The notes: generated by a model not told the origin, from the letters alone. A DNA stretch of 64,000 nucleotides from Eukaryota sp. TZLM1-RC (GCA_040285825.1 JAUPSS010000004.1:682001-746000), one strand, 5' to 3'. Shown: positions 25,100 to 37,326, numbered from the stretch's first letter. Made by a program: numbers and translations.

Positions 25100-25830
25100 A
25101 TCTATAAAAAATAACGTAGTTTTACTCAAGGTTCCAAATACCGAAAAAGCAAAAGGACAAAGAAAGTTTTAAGTGTTGTTGAGTATGTGAGTCGGAATTC
25201 AAATTATTGATTTTTTTCAGTATATTTGATAATTTTCGCTTCTTCAGCTCTACGTAAAGGTGAATTATAAGATTGTGCCATTTTTTCATTTGAGCTGTTT
25301 GATACATCAGTAGATCTGACATCAATTATGATCATTGATCCATCAAGTCCGGGAACTAGCACATCACCATGGCTGTCACCAAAAAAATTTCTGTCAGATT
25401 CATCAGCCAAATTTGAAAGCAAAGGTTCTAAAAAAGATGCAATTTTGTAGGACTTGAACATACAATAGAGCTGATCACGAACTGCATCATGCACTTTTGA
25501 TCTAAAAGTAATAAAACGATTACAATTAAATAAATGGGTTGGAGTGACAGACTTTGCACATTTACAAATTAATCCATGAGGAAGATTATCAGGCCAAATA
25601 AAAGATCGAAGACGCATAGATAACAAAAAGCAAGGGTCATTGGGAAACAAACCATAAATTACTGGTACTTGATTAATTAAACAAGAGGCAGAACTATCAC
25701 AAACATCCAGTACAAAATTTGCAAAAGCGGTATTTTTTTGCTTTGAAATGCCAGGACGTACTGCATAATCACAATGTAACACAACTTCAACTTATTTTAA
25801 GTGTCTTCTTAATATCAGGAAAAAACTATG
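25100..25830 (-). mobile_element. Decayed RLE-type non-LTR retrotransposon, family C (zinc knuckle plus RLE)
   Basis: MRLR...CKCAKSVTPTHLFNC...HDAVRD...LEP...HGDVLV...IIDVR...AEEAKIIKY. Confidence 0.85.
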
Positions 25831-26098
25831 TTCATTTAATTCCATACTGCCAAATGGTCCTGCTGAAGATTGTATTTGATTCTACAACATGTACTCATAC
25901 AACTAGAAAACACTGGTTATGCATGATCACTGATTTTCCTCAAAACAAAAATGCTGAATGAACAAATTCTGTGAGTGGACATGAAACAGCATCTTTTCAA
26001 TTTGATAGATAAAATGAGTAGACAGAAGGTGAGTAGACAGTGAGGATTTCATGCTTGAATAGTTTCAAAATATTGAAAGAAACAGTTTTGCCTTCCTC

Positions 26099-26278
26099 AT
26101 GAAATACCACTGTACCTTCCCTGGATGTGATGCCTCATATTCATCATCGAGTACTCGTTCCAATCATTATAACAGGTGTCACACCGATAAGTACAAGTGT
26201 GAGACTTGTGGAAAAGCAGGTGATATTCAACAATTAACTTTAGTGCTTTCAATCCGCTCCAAATTCAGTATTGTTTGA
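26099..26278 (+). pseudogene. Short C2H2 zinc-finger fragment
   Basis: MKYHCTFPGCDASYSSSSTRSNHYNRCHTDKYKCETCGK: one complete C2H2 finger plus a truncated second. Confidence 0.6.
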
Positions 26279-26365
26279 ATTTAGGGAAAAACTTTATACT
26301 CTAATTTTATTAAAAATGCTGAAATATGTATAAACAATAAAATACAATAACTTAAATAAAAAAAA

Positions 26366-27055
26366 TCAATCACTATCTAATTCCAATTCATCAATTACTG
26401 GGAAATCACCAACTTTAATCTTATCAGGTCGCACAAAAACCCCAAATTTGTGTTCACATTGGAAATACTCAACTCCACCAACACTACCATTGTTTTTACC
26501 AAGAGGTTCATCAAGCTCAATTCCGACATAAACACCCGAGCCATTCACGTCACCAATATACCTAATTGTACCTCTCTTAGCTCCCATGAGAACCTCACAA
26601 CGGTCTCCAATCTTGATATTCGAAGCCAGGGCAGCATAGTCAGGTTTAACGCAAGGACAACTGGAAAAGATTTTAACGTCAGGGTTCTTCTTCCTCCAGT
26701 TGCGGAAGGTATCCTTTCGCTGGTCATACTCCTCTTCCGTGAGTTCAAACTTTTCAACTTTGGAGAGGTCTTCAGTGACATCCAAGGTGGAAGAGAGAGG
26801 GTTGGAGTCAATAACGTGAAGACCCATGTCATTGGAAACGTTGAAGAAACCTAGTTGGAGGTCGTCGTCATCCAGGTCACAGAGGAAGGTACCATCAATG
26901 TCAAGAAGTTTAATCTTCATCCATTCTGGTTGTGTACCAGTATGTTTGTGCAGTCGTTGCTTTAGGTCACCAATAGTGAGAGAGAGTTCGAAACGAACTT
27001 CAGCAAACCGTTGGGGGAGGATGTTGTGAGTTATGTCTAATGCAACAAAGGACAT
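26366..27055 (-). CDS. TBCB: Tubulin-folding cofactor B (Ubl plus CAP-Gly)
   Basis: N-terminal Ubl domain, VEKFELTEEEYDQRKDTFR linker, and CAP-Gly GIELDEPLGKNNGSV...FGVFVRP. Confidence 0.96.
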   Translation of the reverse strand: MSFVALDITHNILPQRFAEVRFELSLTIGDLKQRLHKHTGTQPEWMKIKLLDIDGTFLCDLDDDDLQLGFFNVSNDMGLHVIDSNPLSSTLDVTEDLSKVEKFELTEEEYDQRKDTFRNWRKKNPDVKIFSSCPCVKPDYAALASNIKIGDRCEVLMGAKRGTIRYIGDVNGSGVYVGIELDEPLGKNNGSVGGVEYFQCEHKFGVFVRPDKIKVGDFPVIDELELDSD

Positions 27056-27124
27056 TGGCTAGCAGTAAAAAGTGTCAAATAGTAGTAACCCGTTGAAATT
27101 ACTGGAATAGGAAGACGAAATGAA

Positions 27125-27870
27125 TCAAGATGATCTTTTCAAAACTTGAGGTCATTCATTTCCTTTGATGTACAGATCCGCAACATCAACCATATCCAGA
27201 ACACCATTGACATTACGATTCCATAGATATTCACACTTCTTGCAAGTGAGTAACCCTTGTTCTACGACTGTTGGAGTCTTGCTCTCCTGTAAGGTCTTGG
27301 TTTAGATACTCTATTTTTCTTTACATTTTCACCCTCTTTTCCATCGAGTGCACATACATTACATCAAGAACTTGTTCTATATTCATCCAGCAGCAAGATA
27401 CGGAAGTTGCGTTTTTTTAACATCTTTCGTTAACCAACATTCTTTGTTGGTGCTTGATGGTTAAAATTGGTTTGCTTGCAATCAACCATCACTACATTGT
27501 TATCTCTGGACCTCCAAATTTATTTTCAAATTCATTCATCCATTTTGCTTCAAACCTCTCTGTGGTCATGAATCTTTGCAGTTTCATGACTCTCAATCCT
27601 TTATCAAAGTACAAAGCTCCAGCATGGTTAGAACAGTTGTGTTTTGCCTAGTTTAAGAATTCTTCATGATCTAGAGTTTTCCTTGAATATTGTTTTAGTT
27701 CTTCCCATTCCTTCACAGCATTGTTTCCATGATTCTTTAACATCCTTCTAGAATTTTTGGTGGTCTTTGTTCAGAGTTTCTCTTCGACTTTGAGGAGCAG
27801 TGAGCCTCTTAAAAGTAAATTCCTTTAGTTTTGTGTTCTTATTGTCATTTGGAGCAGGAGGATTATGGTG
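27125..27870 (-). pseudogene. Fanzor (eukaryotic TnpB/Cas12-like) remnant, C-terminal half
   Basis: Manual translation across frameshifts: KLQRFMTTERFEAKWMNEFENKFGGPE...NFNHQAPTKNVG*RKMLKKRNFRILLLDEYRTSS*CNVC...PRPYR...QGLLTCKKCEYLWNRNVNGVLDM...GNE*PQVLKRSS*. This covers RuvC-II, the Zn finger and RuvC-III. Confidence 0.85.
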
Positions 27871-28150
27871 TGAAGTCTAGAATCATTTGTTTTGTCCTTT
27901 TTGTCTTTTTCTTTCTGTCAATAATACCTCTATTTCTTCCTTTGTTTTCTTCATGACACCATACGTACAATTCTAGTTTTTGAATTGTATGCAACAAAGG
28001 ACATGTTGTGTGTTTGTGAAAAATAAGGATGAGAAAATGATGAATTGGTTTAAGGAGGATGATTCTTTTTGCTGATGTAATTGATTTGTTCTTTTAATTG
28101 ATGTTGCAACAATGTATGTTAAATTAGGAACAATTCCCCCAAACAATATG

Positions 28151-28217
28151 TAGTCAATAAAAGTCAATTTAGTCAGTAAAAGTCAATGCGGTCAATAAAA
28201 GTCAACGTGGTCAATAA
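28151..28217 (+). repeat. Short tandem repeat of GTCAATAAAAGTCAA-like units
   Basis: About 3.5 imperfect copies of an 18-19 bp unit. Confidence 0.7.
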
Positions 28218-28519
28218 ACTGATTTTCACCAAAGACAGGTCTCACTGACAACTCCAACCATTATTCATTTAGTGGTTTCATCTTAGTCAAATTGGTATAG
28301 ATTTTTAACAGTTCCAATTTATGGAATACTGAAGAGTGAAGAAATCAATAAATAATGTTTGTGCATGAAATGAAGAGAAAGCTGAAGAAGGGTATTCTTA
28401 GTGAGATCATTCACATTGATCAAGAGGGAAATACCCAATATTCACAGATTTCTCATTTGAAGGTCAACTATCGCCAACTAGCATCAACACTATGAAAATG
28501 GCTACAAAATAGGCTGGAG

Positions 28520-30790
28520 ATGCAAACAGAAGTAAGTCGAAAATCTTCAAAATCTGTGATGGATGGCCTCGACATCTGGCCATCTAGCTTCAATTGTGAC
28601 ATTCATGGATCACTCTTCATCCAACCCGTTGTTCTTGCTTGTGGACATTCATTTTGTAACGTCTGCATTACTGATTGGATCCAACGAAATCCAACCTGTC
28701 CTAAATGCAGGTCGCCTGCTCCAGGAAGCTCCAAGGTACGAAACTATGCCCTAGAACAAGTTCTTTTCGACATAACCAAGCCAAATATCATTCAATTGGA
28801 TGATCTACAAGAACTATGTTCACTTTCACGTTCACCCAGAGCATCTATCAAGTCTGCAATGCTGAATGGACGACCAGTTGTTTTAAAGACTCCAACTTGC
28901 ATCGATTCGCTCGCACAGGCCGAAATTCGTGAAAACATTGTTCAACTTTATCATATTATATCGTCATTGAAAAGCCCTCCTTGTATTGTCAACATTCTTG
29001 GTGTTACGTTAGATCCACCAGGACTGGTTACCGAACGTCTTTCATGTTCCATTGAGTGTATGATGAATGAAGAACACCACTTTTCCAATGAAGAAGCTCT
29101 TGTTGTTTTTGAGGACATTGCATCAGCATTACTTTGTTATCATGAGAATGAATTGGTTTATATGTCTCTATCCCCTAGCACTGTCTTTGTTAAAGTTAGA
29201 CACAACAAGATCATTGGAGCCAAACTTAGTCCTGTTTTTAGCACCCTTTATATGGGTGATTCCTTGCCGGAATCTGCTGAGACTGATGAGGAATCTATCT
29301 ACACAAGCCCTGAAATCATCTCAGGGGAGTGCATTAGAGCACATACATCGAGTGATGTTTTTGCTTTTGGGGTACTGCTGTTGATGATATCAACCAATCA
29401 CAATTTTGCTGTTGGGCAAGATGGGAAAGCTGATTTTTTGGGTTCAATGATGAGCTTGCTCTCAGATCCTTGGAAAGCTTTAATAAGTTCAATGGTTAGT
29501 TATGATATTGGCAGTAGACCTTCAATGGAAAATGTGTTAAATCAGTTGAGTTTGTTGAAGGATGTCCAAATTATTGAACCAGTAGATGATGCTGGATCGA
29601 ACTCTGGGTGTCTCAAGAGACGACTTGAATTAGAATTTGAAAATTTGTCAATGGAGCATGAAACTATCATGAAAGAAAAGAAAGCAACTGATGAGCAAAA
29701 TCAGCTACTACAGAGATTCATTGATAATTTGACAGCAAGGCAGGTTCAGTATCAAGGAATAATAACTGGACTTAGAACAGAGAATTCTTCTGCAATTGCT
29801 GATGCTGAACCAGTGGCAGATGAGCAAGTTGTTGATCTTCTCATGGATGAACGACAGAATTTAACTTGTGGAATGCGACTTTTTACTAGATGTTTTCGAC
29901 TTGATAATGTCATCGAAAGTTATCGACAACAAATATCAGATCTGAGCATCGATCTTTCAAGGACAAGAAATAATATCACAGCATTGGAGCGATCACACAA
30001 GGAAAATAGTGAAGCATATTACCAAAAAATCGAGGAGATTGGAAGAGTTTTACTAGAACAAGATCAGCTGCTGAACACTCTAAACACAAATTATAATGAA
30101 ACTATGAAAGTCAACAAGGATCAGTTGGAGAAGCTTTATGAAACTATTCGACATAAAAACAACTGTATACTGGAGCAGGATCAAACAATAGAAAAGTTGA
30201 TGAAAACAATTCAAATATTTAATCAGCAACCCCAAAACATTATTCCACGGCCAAGTTCACCGATTATTGATCCGATCATGAAAAATTTAGTTGCTACACC
30301 ACAAGTTAATTCTAACTTTGTAGCTCATTCCAATGCAGAGTGTATAATGAATCGCGTTTATTTTTCTAAAAAGATGAAGCATGTTGATGTCAGAGTTGGT
30401 TATAGAGCAAAGCATGCTTCAGGAAGAGGAGTTGTTCTGAGTAAACATGCATTTGCAACTAACAAGCTCCACAAATTCTCCATCAAATTTATTCAAGGAG
30501 AAGTAGATATAGGCATTGTTCCAATTTCTCAGGTTTCACTCGATTTTTCCAGCACACGGGCTTCTTATCGAATATTCTCTGATGGGGGAATGACAAATAA
30601 CTTGACTGGAAACAATGTAGTCTGGGACAAAGGACATGTTGTTACCATAACCATTGATCTGATTGAGAATCAAATTGTTTTTGGTGATGGAAAAGATATT
30701 ATTTGTTATGGTTCTCTCTCGCAATTGACGAATGATCAGTGGTATATGATGGTTGAGCTTGGTGGTGGAAGTGTTGTGGAAATCGTGTAG
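28520..30790 (+). CDS. RING finger - pseudokinase - coiled coil - SPRY-like protein
   Basis: RING motif CDIH...CGHSFCNVCI...CPKCR. Kinase fold has VVLK but YMSLSPSTV replaces HRDLKPxN and there is no DFG. Coiled coil at about aa 365-570. C-terminal SPRY-like strands. Confidence 0.88.
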   Translation: MQTEVSRKSSKSVMDGLDIWPSSFNCDIHGSLFIQPVVLACGHSFCNVCITDWIQRNPTCPKCRSPAPGSSKVRNYALEQVLFDITKPNIIQLDDLQELCSLSRSPRASIKSAMLNGRPVVLKTPTCIDSLAQAEIRENIVQLYHIISSLKSPPCIVNILGVTLDPPGLVTERLSCSIECMMNEEHHFSNEEALVVFEDIASALLCYHENELVYMSLSPSTVFVKVRHNKIIGAKLSPVFSTLYMGDSLPESAETDEESIYTSPEIISGECIRAHTSSDVFAFGVLLLMISTNHNFAVGQDGKADFLGSMMSLLSDPWKALISSMVSYDIGSRPSMENVLNQLSLLKDVQIIEPVDDAGSNSGCLKRRLELEFENLSMEHETIMKEKKATDEQNQLLQRFIDNLTARQVQYQGIITGLRTENSSAIADAEPVADEQVVDLLMDERQNLTCGMRLFTRCFRLDNVIESYRQQISDLSIDLSRTRNNITALERSHKENSEAYYQKIEEIGRVLLEQDQLLNTLNTNYNETMKVNKDQLEKLYETIRHKNNCILEQDQTIEKLMKTIQIFNQQPQNIIPRPSSPIIDPIMKNLVATPQVNSNFVAHSNAECIMNRVYFSKKMKHVDVRVGYRAKHASGRGVVLSKHAFATNKLHKFSIKFIQGEVDIGIVPISQVSLDFSSTRASYRIFSDGGMTNNLTGNNVVWDKGHVVTITIDLIENQIVFGDGKDIICYGSLSQLTNDQWYMMVELGGGSVVEIV

Positions 30791-31761
30791 ATGAGCAATT
30801 GGCTTTTCAACAATTGTCTGTGTCATGAGATTATTAATTCAACAGCACATCTTCAGATATTGGTCTGAATAATAAATAAATATCAATAAATATCATAGTT
30901 TAACCAACCTTCAGTTGGTCATAGTAAATTTCATTTTTCGTTCAACAAAATTGGGTAATGAACCCTATAATCTGACATTTTACCAAGTCTTTCAACAAAA
31001 ATGCATCATTAGTTAGCGTTTACATTTTTGAAAAGATATCTTATTGGTCTATTTTCAGTGTTGATGTTTGAAAATCTAAACTTGAAACTTGTAAATATAA
31101 CCACCTCCACTGACATGATGAGCATATTTCAGTAGAGAGAGCTGATCAAGATTTTTCCCACTGGTGTTTAGGTTACACGTGTCAGTTTTAGAATTCCAAT
31201 TAAAGTTCTTGAATGAAAATTTCATCAAATTTTTGTTATCCAAAATATGATCAAGACATCAAAATGTATCAACTCTACTGATTAACTCTAATATCTGATT
31301 CGGAATATGTTTCATTTTTCAATTATTTCGATCATGAAATTATTCAATGTGATTAAGATTATAATATCCAAAATGTTATTTATTTTATTTATTATTTCTT
31401 AATTTATGTTGTTGTGAATAACCCATTAAAGCACACCGCACGCACACTGTCTTGATCGAGAAGTGGTGATTACGCTAACGTTAACATTAACACTAATTAA
31501 ATTTTTCTGAAAGAATAGCCAAATAGAATAATGAAAGTATTTGTTGACATTATTGCTGAGTTTTTGAGTTGTTCACGTCTGAATTTGAACTGATCAAAAG
31601 AAAAGCTAAAAAAGAACAGATGCAAACTATAAAACTTCTATTTATCAAAAAGTTGAGTCTAACTAAAACCAAATATTTCGTTGTAGAAGATTAGAGTCAA
31701 AATAGTCAACAATCAAAAAAATAAAAAAATAGCCAAGATATGTTTCATTGACAACACACCA

Positions 31762-31796
31762 AACCCTAACCCTAAGCCTAACCATAACCCTAACCC
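31762..31796 (+). repeat. Interstitial telomere-like (CCCTAA)n, degenerate
   Basis: AACCCTAACCCTAAGCCTAACCATAACCCTAACCC. Confidence 0.6.
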
Positions 31797-31958
31797 AAAT
31801 TATAAAATCAAAAAAAAGAAAGCTATGTTTTATTAAAAAAGATACTGAAAATACTGAAATATAAATGTGAAAAAATGAATCATAGAGATAGCAACAAAGA
31901 TAATATGAATTAAACTAATAGAAATTGATAAGCATATTCCAAACTGTTTTAAAAAAAC

Positions 31959-32597
31959 CTACAATAAATCATGAATTAAATTCCAAAGAAATCTGGAGAA
32001 TTCTTGATTTTTATTGAGCTCTACCAAAAATTTGAACTGTTTGACAGTTTGAACAGCTCTAGGGCCCCTTACTTCCCTTACCTTGGCTATACTTTCATCA
32101 ACGCTAAACCTTCCTTCCCCCAACACCAACACCAAGGCAGCAACGACTACCCCTGTCCTTCCCAATCCCCCTTGACAATGAAGCAGTGGTTTGATGTTGC
32201 TGTTACGGTTAAGGTTAAGGTTAGGGTTAGGGTTGAAAGTGAAAATAAGGGAAGTAATTTCTTTGAGTTGGTGAGTGGAAGGTGGATGGCCATCCTCAAT
32301 TTCAAACAGAAAGGGGGTAATGTTAATGGATTCATAGCTTGATAAGAGGTTGTGAACGTTGTACTTTGACAATTCTCGCTTCTGAAGCAGTATAATGACA
32401 TGTGAGAAAGAGTGGGTTTGTATAGTGGCCAGGTCTGTGTTGAGACAGCGAGTGTAACCAGATCGTTGACACCCAGGAAGTTCCGTGAGACCAAGACGCC
32501 ATTCACGAGGTAATTTAGTACTGATTGTATGGAAATCAAAGTAGTCAATTTTCAGAGGAGAGGTTGTACAAGGTGTGGAAGAAGTGGTCATAATCAA
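31959..32597 (-). CDS. CDKN3: CDKN3/KAP-like dual-specificity phosphatase
   Basis: LGLTELPGC...RCLNTDL...ELSKYNV, IEDG, catalytic HCQGGLGRT, and RGPRAVQTVKQ. Confidence 0.85.
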   Translation of the reverse strand: MIMTTSSTPCTTSPLKIDYFDFHTISTKLPREWRLGLTELPGCQRSGYTRCLNTDLATIQTHSFSHVIILLQKRELSKYNVHNLLSSYESINITPFLFEIEDGHPPSTHQLKEITSLIFTFNPNPNLNLNRNSNIKPLLHCQGGLGRTGVVVAALVLVLGEGRFSVDESIAKVREVRGPRAVQTVKQFKFLVELNKNQEFSRFLWNLIHDLL

Positions 32598-33009
32598 CTA
32601 CTCACTGTTTGTCTATGAAGCAAATGCTGTTCAAGTGGAGGAATAAGTATCGTATCATCAGCGTAATTCCAAAATCTGTAATAAAACTTTTGATACATGA
32701 TTTGTGAAAGTTGTATTTGGTTTGTTCAAATGACAATAAAATAAAATAACCACCAACCTGATTCAAATCTTGTAAACTTACCAGTCTCTTATTTTGATGA
32801 CCTTGACCCTGATGATTATAGTGAAAAAAATGTAGTCTTTGGTGATCTTGGAAAGAGAGATTTAATTCAATTTGGAGCAAAAACAGATCAATTTGATGCA
32901 AATCCACTGAGAACATATAAATGAATGAGGCTAACATATGAATAGAAACCACCAACAAGTGTTACAATTTTGTGATAGATAAAATAATGGTCATAGTGAA
33001 GAACTGTGA

Positions 33010-33686
33010 ATGACCATTGAAGAATGGAACTCATGGTTACGTGAACATGATTCAAAAATTGTTAATAATCCCGAATTTAGAGAATTTATGTTGGATAAGT
33101 GTAAACATTACAATGAAACCAAACAATTCTAAGAATTTTTTGGTCAAAGTTTACTTTTATGGAAGATACGTAATATCTAGTTAATGTACGTAGGCAAAAA
33201 AATGAAGAAAGCATTGTTAATAACTTATTAATAGCATATAGTGGTTTAGACAAAATAGTATCGTGTATTGGGGACTTGGGTCGAAAACCAATCAGTATGC
33301 TCAAACATAGTCCACCAACAACTTCCAATAGATGGATTAGTTGTTTTGTTAGACAAAAATTTTCATACTGTTGTAATTGATGAAAGCCATACTTCTTCAA
33401 AATGTCTTTATTGCTTTGAAAAAGTATTTGAAACGACGATTAAAACAAAAAATAAAATACCTAAAAGTGCTGAAAAACACCGTTCAAGTCTCCACATGAT
33501 CTATTGGACTGTAGAAGTCACCATTGTATCAATGATGCGAAATCACGATGTAAAAAACCCGAAAATAGAGAAGTAATCAAGGCAAGGTAATGGAAAATGA
33601 ACAAGATGGCTTGTTTGAATACGTTGAATGTATTTGATCACCGGTTGTCTGGTGAAGAGGGAAGAACTGTTTATCTTAGAAATTAG
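33010..33686 (+). pseudogene. Fanzor remnant, C-terminal half
   Basis: MTIEEWNSWL...RRQKNEESIVNNL...IGDLGRKPISMLKHSPPT...VIDESHTSSKCLYC...LLDCRSHHC...WKMNKMACLNTL...GRTVYLRN*, with frameshifts and stops. Confidence 0.82.
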
Positions 33687-34967
33687 TTTACTTTTACTGA
33701 CTAGTACAATCTAGTCATAGTTGACATATCAGTCAAAATATAAAAAAATATCAAACAATTTTTCCTACAGCAATCAACAAGAAACTGAGATAACAACACC
33801 TTTAGGCCACCGGCCATCATGTTGCTATCACTCTACTCCATCAGAAAAACATATACTGGACTCTAGAGCAAAAGATGCGGTATGAGCATTTCAGAGTTTG
33901 AAGTGCTAAATGTTTACAAATGGTTTAGCATTGTAGACTTTGAAATAAGTAATTTGTTCGTCAACAAAATGCACCTAAAAGCAATTATTCCTCTTGCAGA
34001 AACTTACAAAACAATATTCAAATACAAAAATTATATTTGACAATGACAATTGACACTAATATTTCGTGCTTTTTTAATGGTTGTCTTCTACGGTATCTCA
34101 ATTCATCGGCGCTGTTAATTCACAAAACAAGACTTTATTCATTCTTAATTCATCTGGATCCATTTGGACAAAATAAGCTCAGGTCTTAACTCAGTCACAA
34201 GCAAGGGAAAATCAACATATTGATTTGTGTCAGAAAGTAAATCGCAGTAAACATCATAATGATCTAGGTGATGAACTAAAAAGTAAAATTGAATTAACTG
34301 TGCAATTAGATCTACCGTGTTTATATATAAATAAAAATCAAACTTTTCACTGTGTTCAAAAATAATTTTGTTCAAACATTTTTGAAAGATAAATTATTAA
34401 TCATTTCATGTAATTTGCACTCATTCTTATAACGCAACAATGCCAAACTTTTTTTCTGAACCATAAAAAACACTTGTAGAAAAACTAAATTTGGATATTC
34501 AACTTATAACAAAGATTTTGAAAATACTGTACTGAAACATTACTCAACAGTTACAAAACAATGTAGCCATAAAATAGATAGATTTATTGGTAACAACCGT
34601 AAGACTGAAAATTGGGCAGTAAATCATTGATGCATTTGAACATTTGAAAGCGAATGAGGAAAAGTATATTCTAAAGTGATAAGAACGTATTAGTGAAAAC
34701 ATTGATGAATACGTTCAAGCCACTGAATAGTTGTTAAATAATTGGTTTCAGATAGTTTTATTTAGTTGATTTTCAATAAATTGGGGGTAACTGAAAAATG
34801 TTTGAGCCTTGTTGGGTCGACTATCTTTACAAAAAAGATTATTGTTTATTTCAGAAAATTGATAATTGCCATTGACTCAAAAAATCATAACAAATAGAAT
34901 ATCTTACAAGTGTTGTCAAGGTTGCAAGTCTACCCAAGATTTTGCAATAAGATGGTTGGCCAAATGG

Positions 34968-35002
<35 letters not shown>

Positions 35003-35019
35003 GTGATTGATTGATTGAT
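34968..35019 (+). repeat. (TGAT)n microsatellite
   Basis: About 13 units. Confidence 0.9.
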
Positions 35020-35479
35020 CATTCGAACTGTGCTTCATTGTTTTGTATCGTTCCTTCCTTTACTCCAACAGAGTTACTGTTGTGAGCTAATAGAAGTATG
35101 TGAATACCAATGTGCCTCAAATTTAATAAAATGCCTCAAATTCATCTATATAATTTGATGAATCACTGCGAAAATGGTTCACTAAATAAATTTCAATAAA
35201 ACTTCATTTTCAAAAAAACTTATAAGGAAGCCTTAAGAAACTAGATCTTACTTGGCTTTTTGGGTTGCAAATAGCCATTCATTAGTTATATAACAAAGTA
35301 ATTCTCTTTGATTGTTACTAGCTAGGTACTGATGTTTCTACATTTACTTAAAGGAAAAGAAAGAAAAAATCACCAATAATCACACAATCAATCAACCTAT
35401 AAAACCTGGGAACTTGCAATCTAAAATTAACCAAATGGATGCATATTTGACTCTTCATAGTTACGAAAAGTATAAATCA

Positions 35480-36520
35480 CATACTTTTCAGCTGAATACT
35501 GAATCCACCATGGAAAACTAGATAATTCAAATAAATATTCATTCTTGATTAGTTTAACAGATTGAACTAAACCTTAATTAATAAGTTTTGTTGGGGATAG
35601 GGCAAAATGTGATAGAGTGTATTTGTTAGATTTAATCAATTGAATAAACTTCAGAGAAGGAAAGTTTTGTTCAGTGATATTGGCAGGAACCACACCATGA
35701 ATTAACAATTCCTTCAAGTTGGGTAATTGTATTTTAATATTGACAAGATCAAGCAATCGTACTTCCAATCTAACAATGTATTGAGGTAAAGTTATTCGTC
35801 CCTTTTATATTCTTTTTAAGATATTACGAGATAATACCACCAAATCATTCAATGAAGTAAGATAGCTTAAATCAACAACATCAAGGGCTCAATCTTCAAA
35901 TACTGGCTTCACTAGTGAACTGGGTAATTATAAGCTCTAGACATTTTTGTTTTGATGAATGCATCAAGTTTGGAGACCTTGGTTGAAATCTCGACCTTCC
36001 ACAAAGCTCAACAACCTCAACATTTGGGGTAAATGACAGTAATTGTTGACAGTAGATTTGTTGAATAATGACAATAATTGTGGATCATAATCAACTTCAT
36101 CATAGTAAACATCAAGTTTTTTAATTCTAGTATTAATTACTTTAGGGCCATTATAATCAGTAGATAATTGCAATTGTAAATCACAAATATTTTCATCCAC
36201 ATTTAAATCTTGAGGATCTTTTATATATTGAACACCATTAATCACTTGTTTAGCAAATTTAGCCACTTTGTTGCTGATTAAACATTTGGTATAGAATCTA
36301 GCTTTTGTATAAGGATGGTTGCTAAACATGTTTTTCCAAATATTGTAAATATTCAATAAAAATTAATTTGATCAGACCACTAAACATTCGATTAAGAACC
36401 TCTTAAATGAAAAGCGCCAAGTATCTCTGGTTTCAAATACTTTGACAGGTTGTGGTTGATCAATCAAATCACCTGTACCTAATTGACCTTGATAGTTCCT
36501 TCCCCAAGCCCAAAACGTAT
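35480..36520 (-). pseudogene. Decayed tandem paralog of the RCC1/LRR gene (3' part)
   Basis: HPYTKARFYTKC, LQLQLSTDYNGPKVINTRIKKLDVYYDEVDYDPQLLS and QLPNLKELLIH are shared with 37614-39859. Frameshifted. Confidence 0.88.
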
Positions 36521-37156
36521 GTTTGAATAACATCTAATTTCACGACTATTTGCTATCCTCAAGGAATTTCATTTTGAAGAATGAATCATGTCCATCACTC
36601 GGACAACAAATTTATTTCAATTTGGTTTATTAGCTTTTCAAAAACTTATCTAAATAGGAAAACTATAATCAAGGTTTTTATTCCAGGAAGGCAGAACAAT
36701 ACAGAGAAAAATATGCTCAAATCGCTGATTACACTGAGATTGGCTTATGCTCAAATGAAGTGTTAGATTATGTCGTTTTTTAACAAAAACCAAGTTTTTT
36801 TACCATCTTTTTGCAATAACATGTCATTTTGCAAAAACGGTCAACTTATGTGACCGATTAATAGATCACAGCTGGCATCATTTCGAAAAGTTGTTAGTGT
36901 AATCCAAGAATTTGCATTTTTTAAAATATAAGTAATTGAGGTAACTTCCACAATTATAAAATGAAATTGATTAAAATAACAAAACTAGTTGAATGCAGCT
37001 TCACCATTCTTTGCATCAAATTATGTCACTTGTTGTCTCAAAAATCAGACTTCCATTATCCAAGATTGAATGAAACCCAAATGGTAGCCTAACAACCTAA
37101 TAGAATGAATGTTGCTGGAAGCAAAGCAACAGCTGAAGTTCCTTTTAATTAATGCA

Positions 37157-37326
37157 GAAGAACAGAACTTCCTGACAATTTAAAAGCTCCTTTTAGACCA
37201 GTTGCTATGATAGTTCCTGATTATTCTTTGATTTCTGAAATTGTATTAATGTCTTTTGAAGGGTATTTTAAAGCCAAACTACTAGCCCAAAAGCTGGTCT
37301 ACACCTTTCAACTTGGTCCTCAACAA
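37157..37326 (+). pseudogene. Isolated dynein heavy chain AAA1-region fragment
   Basis: [53 protein letters not shown] matches the dynein heavy chain consensus [22 protein letters not shown]. Confidence 0.88.
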
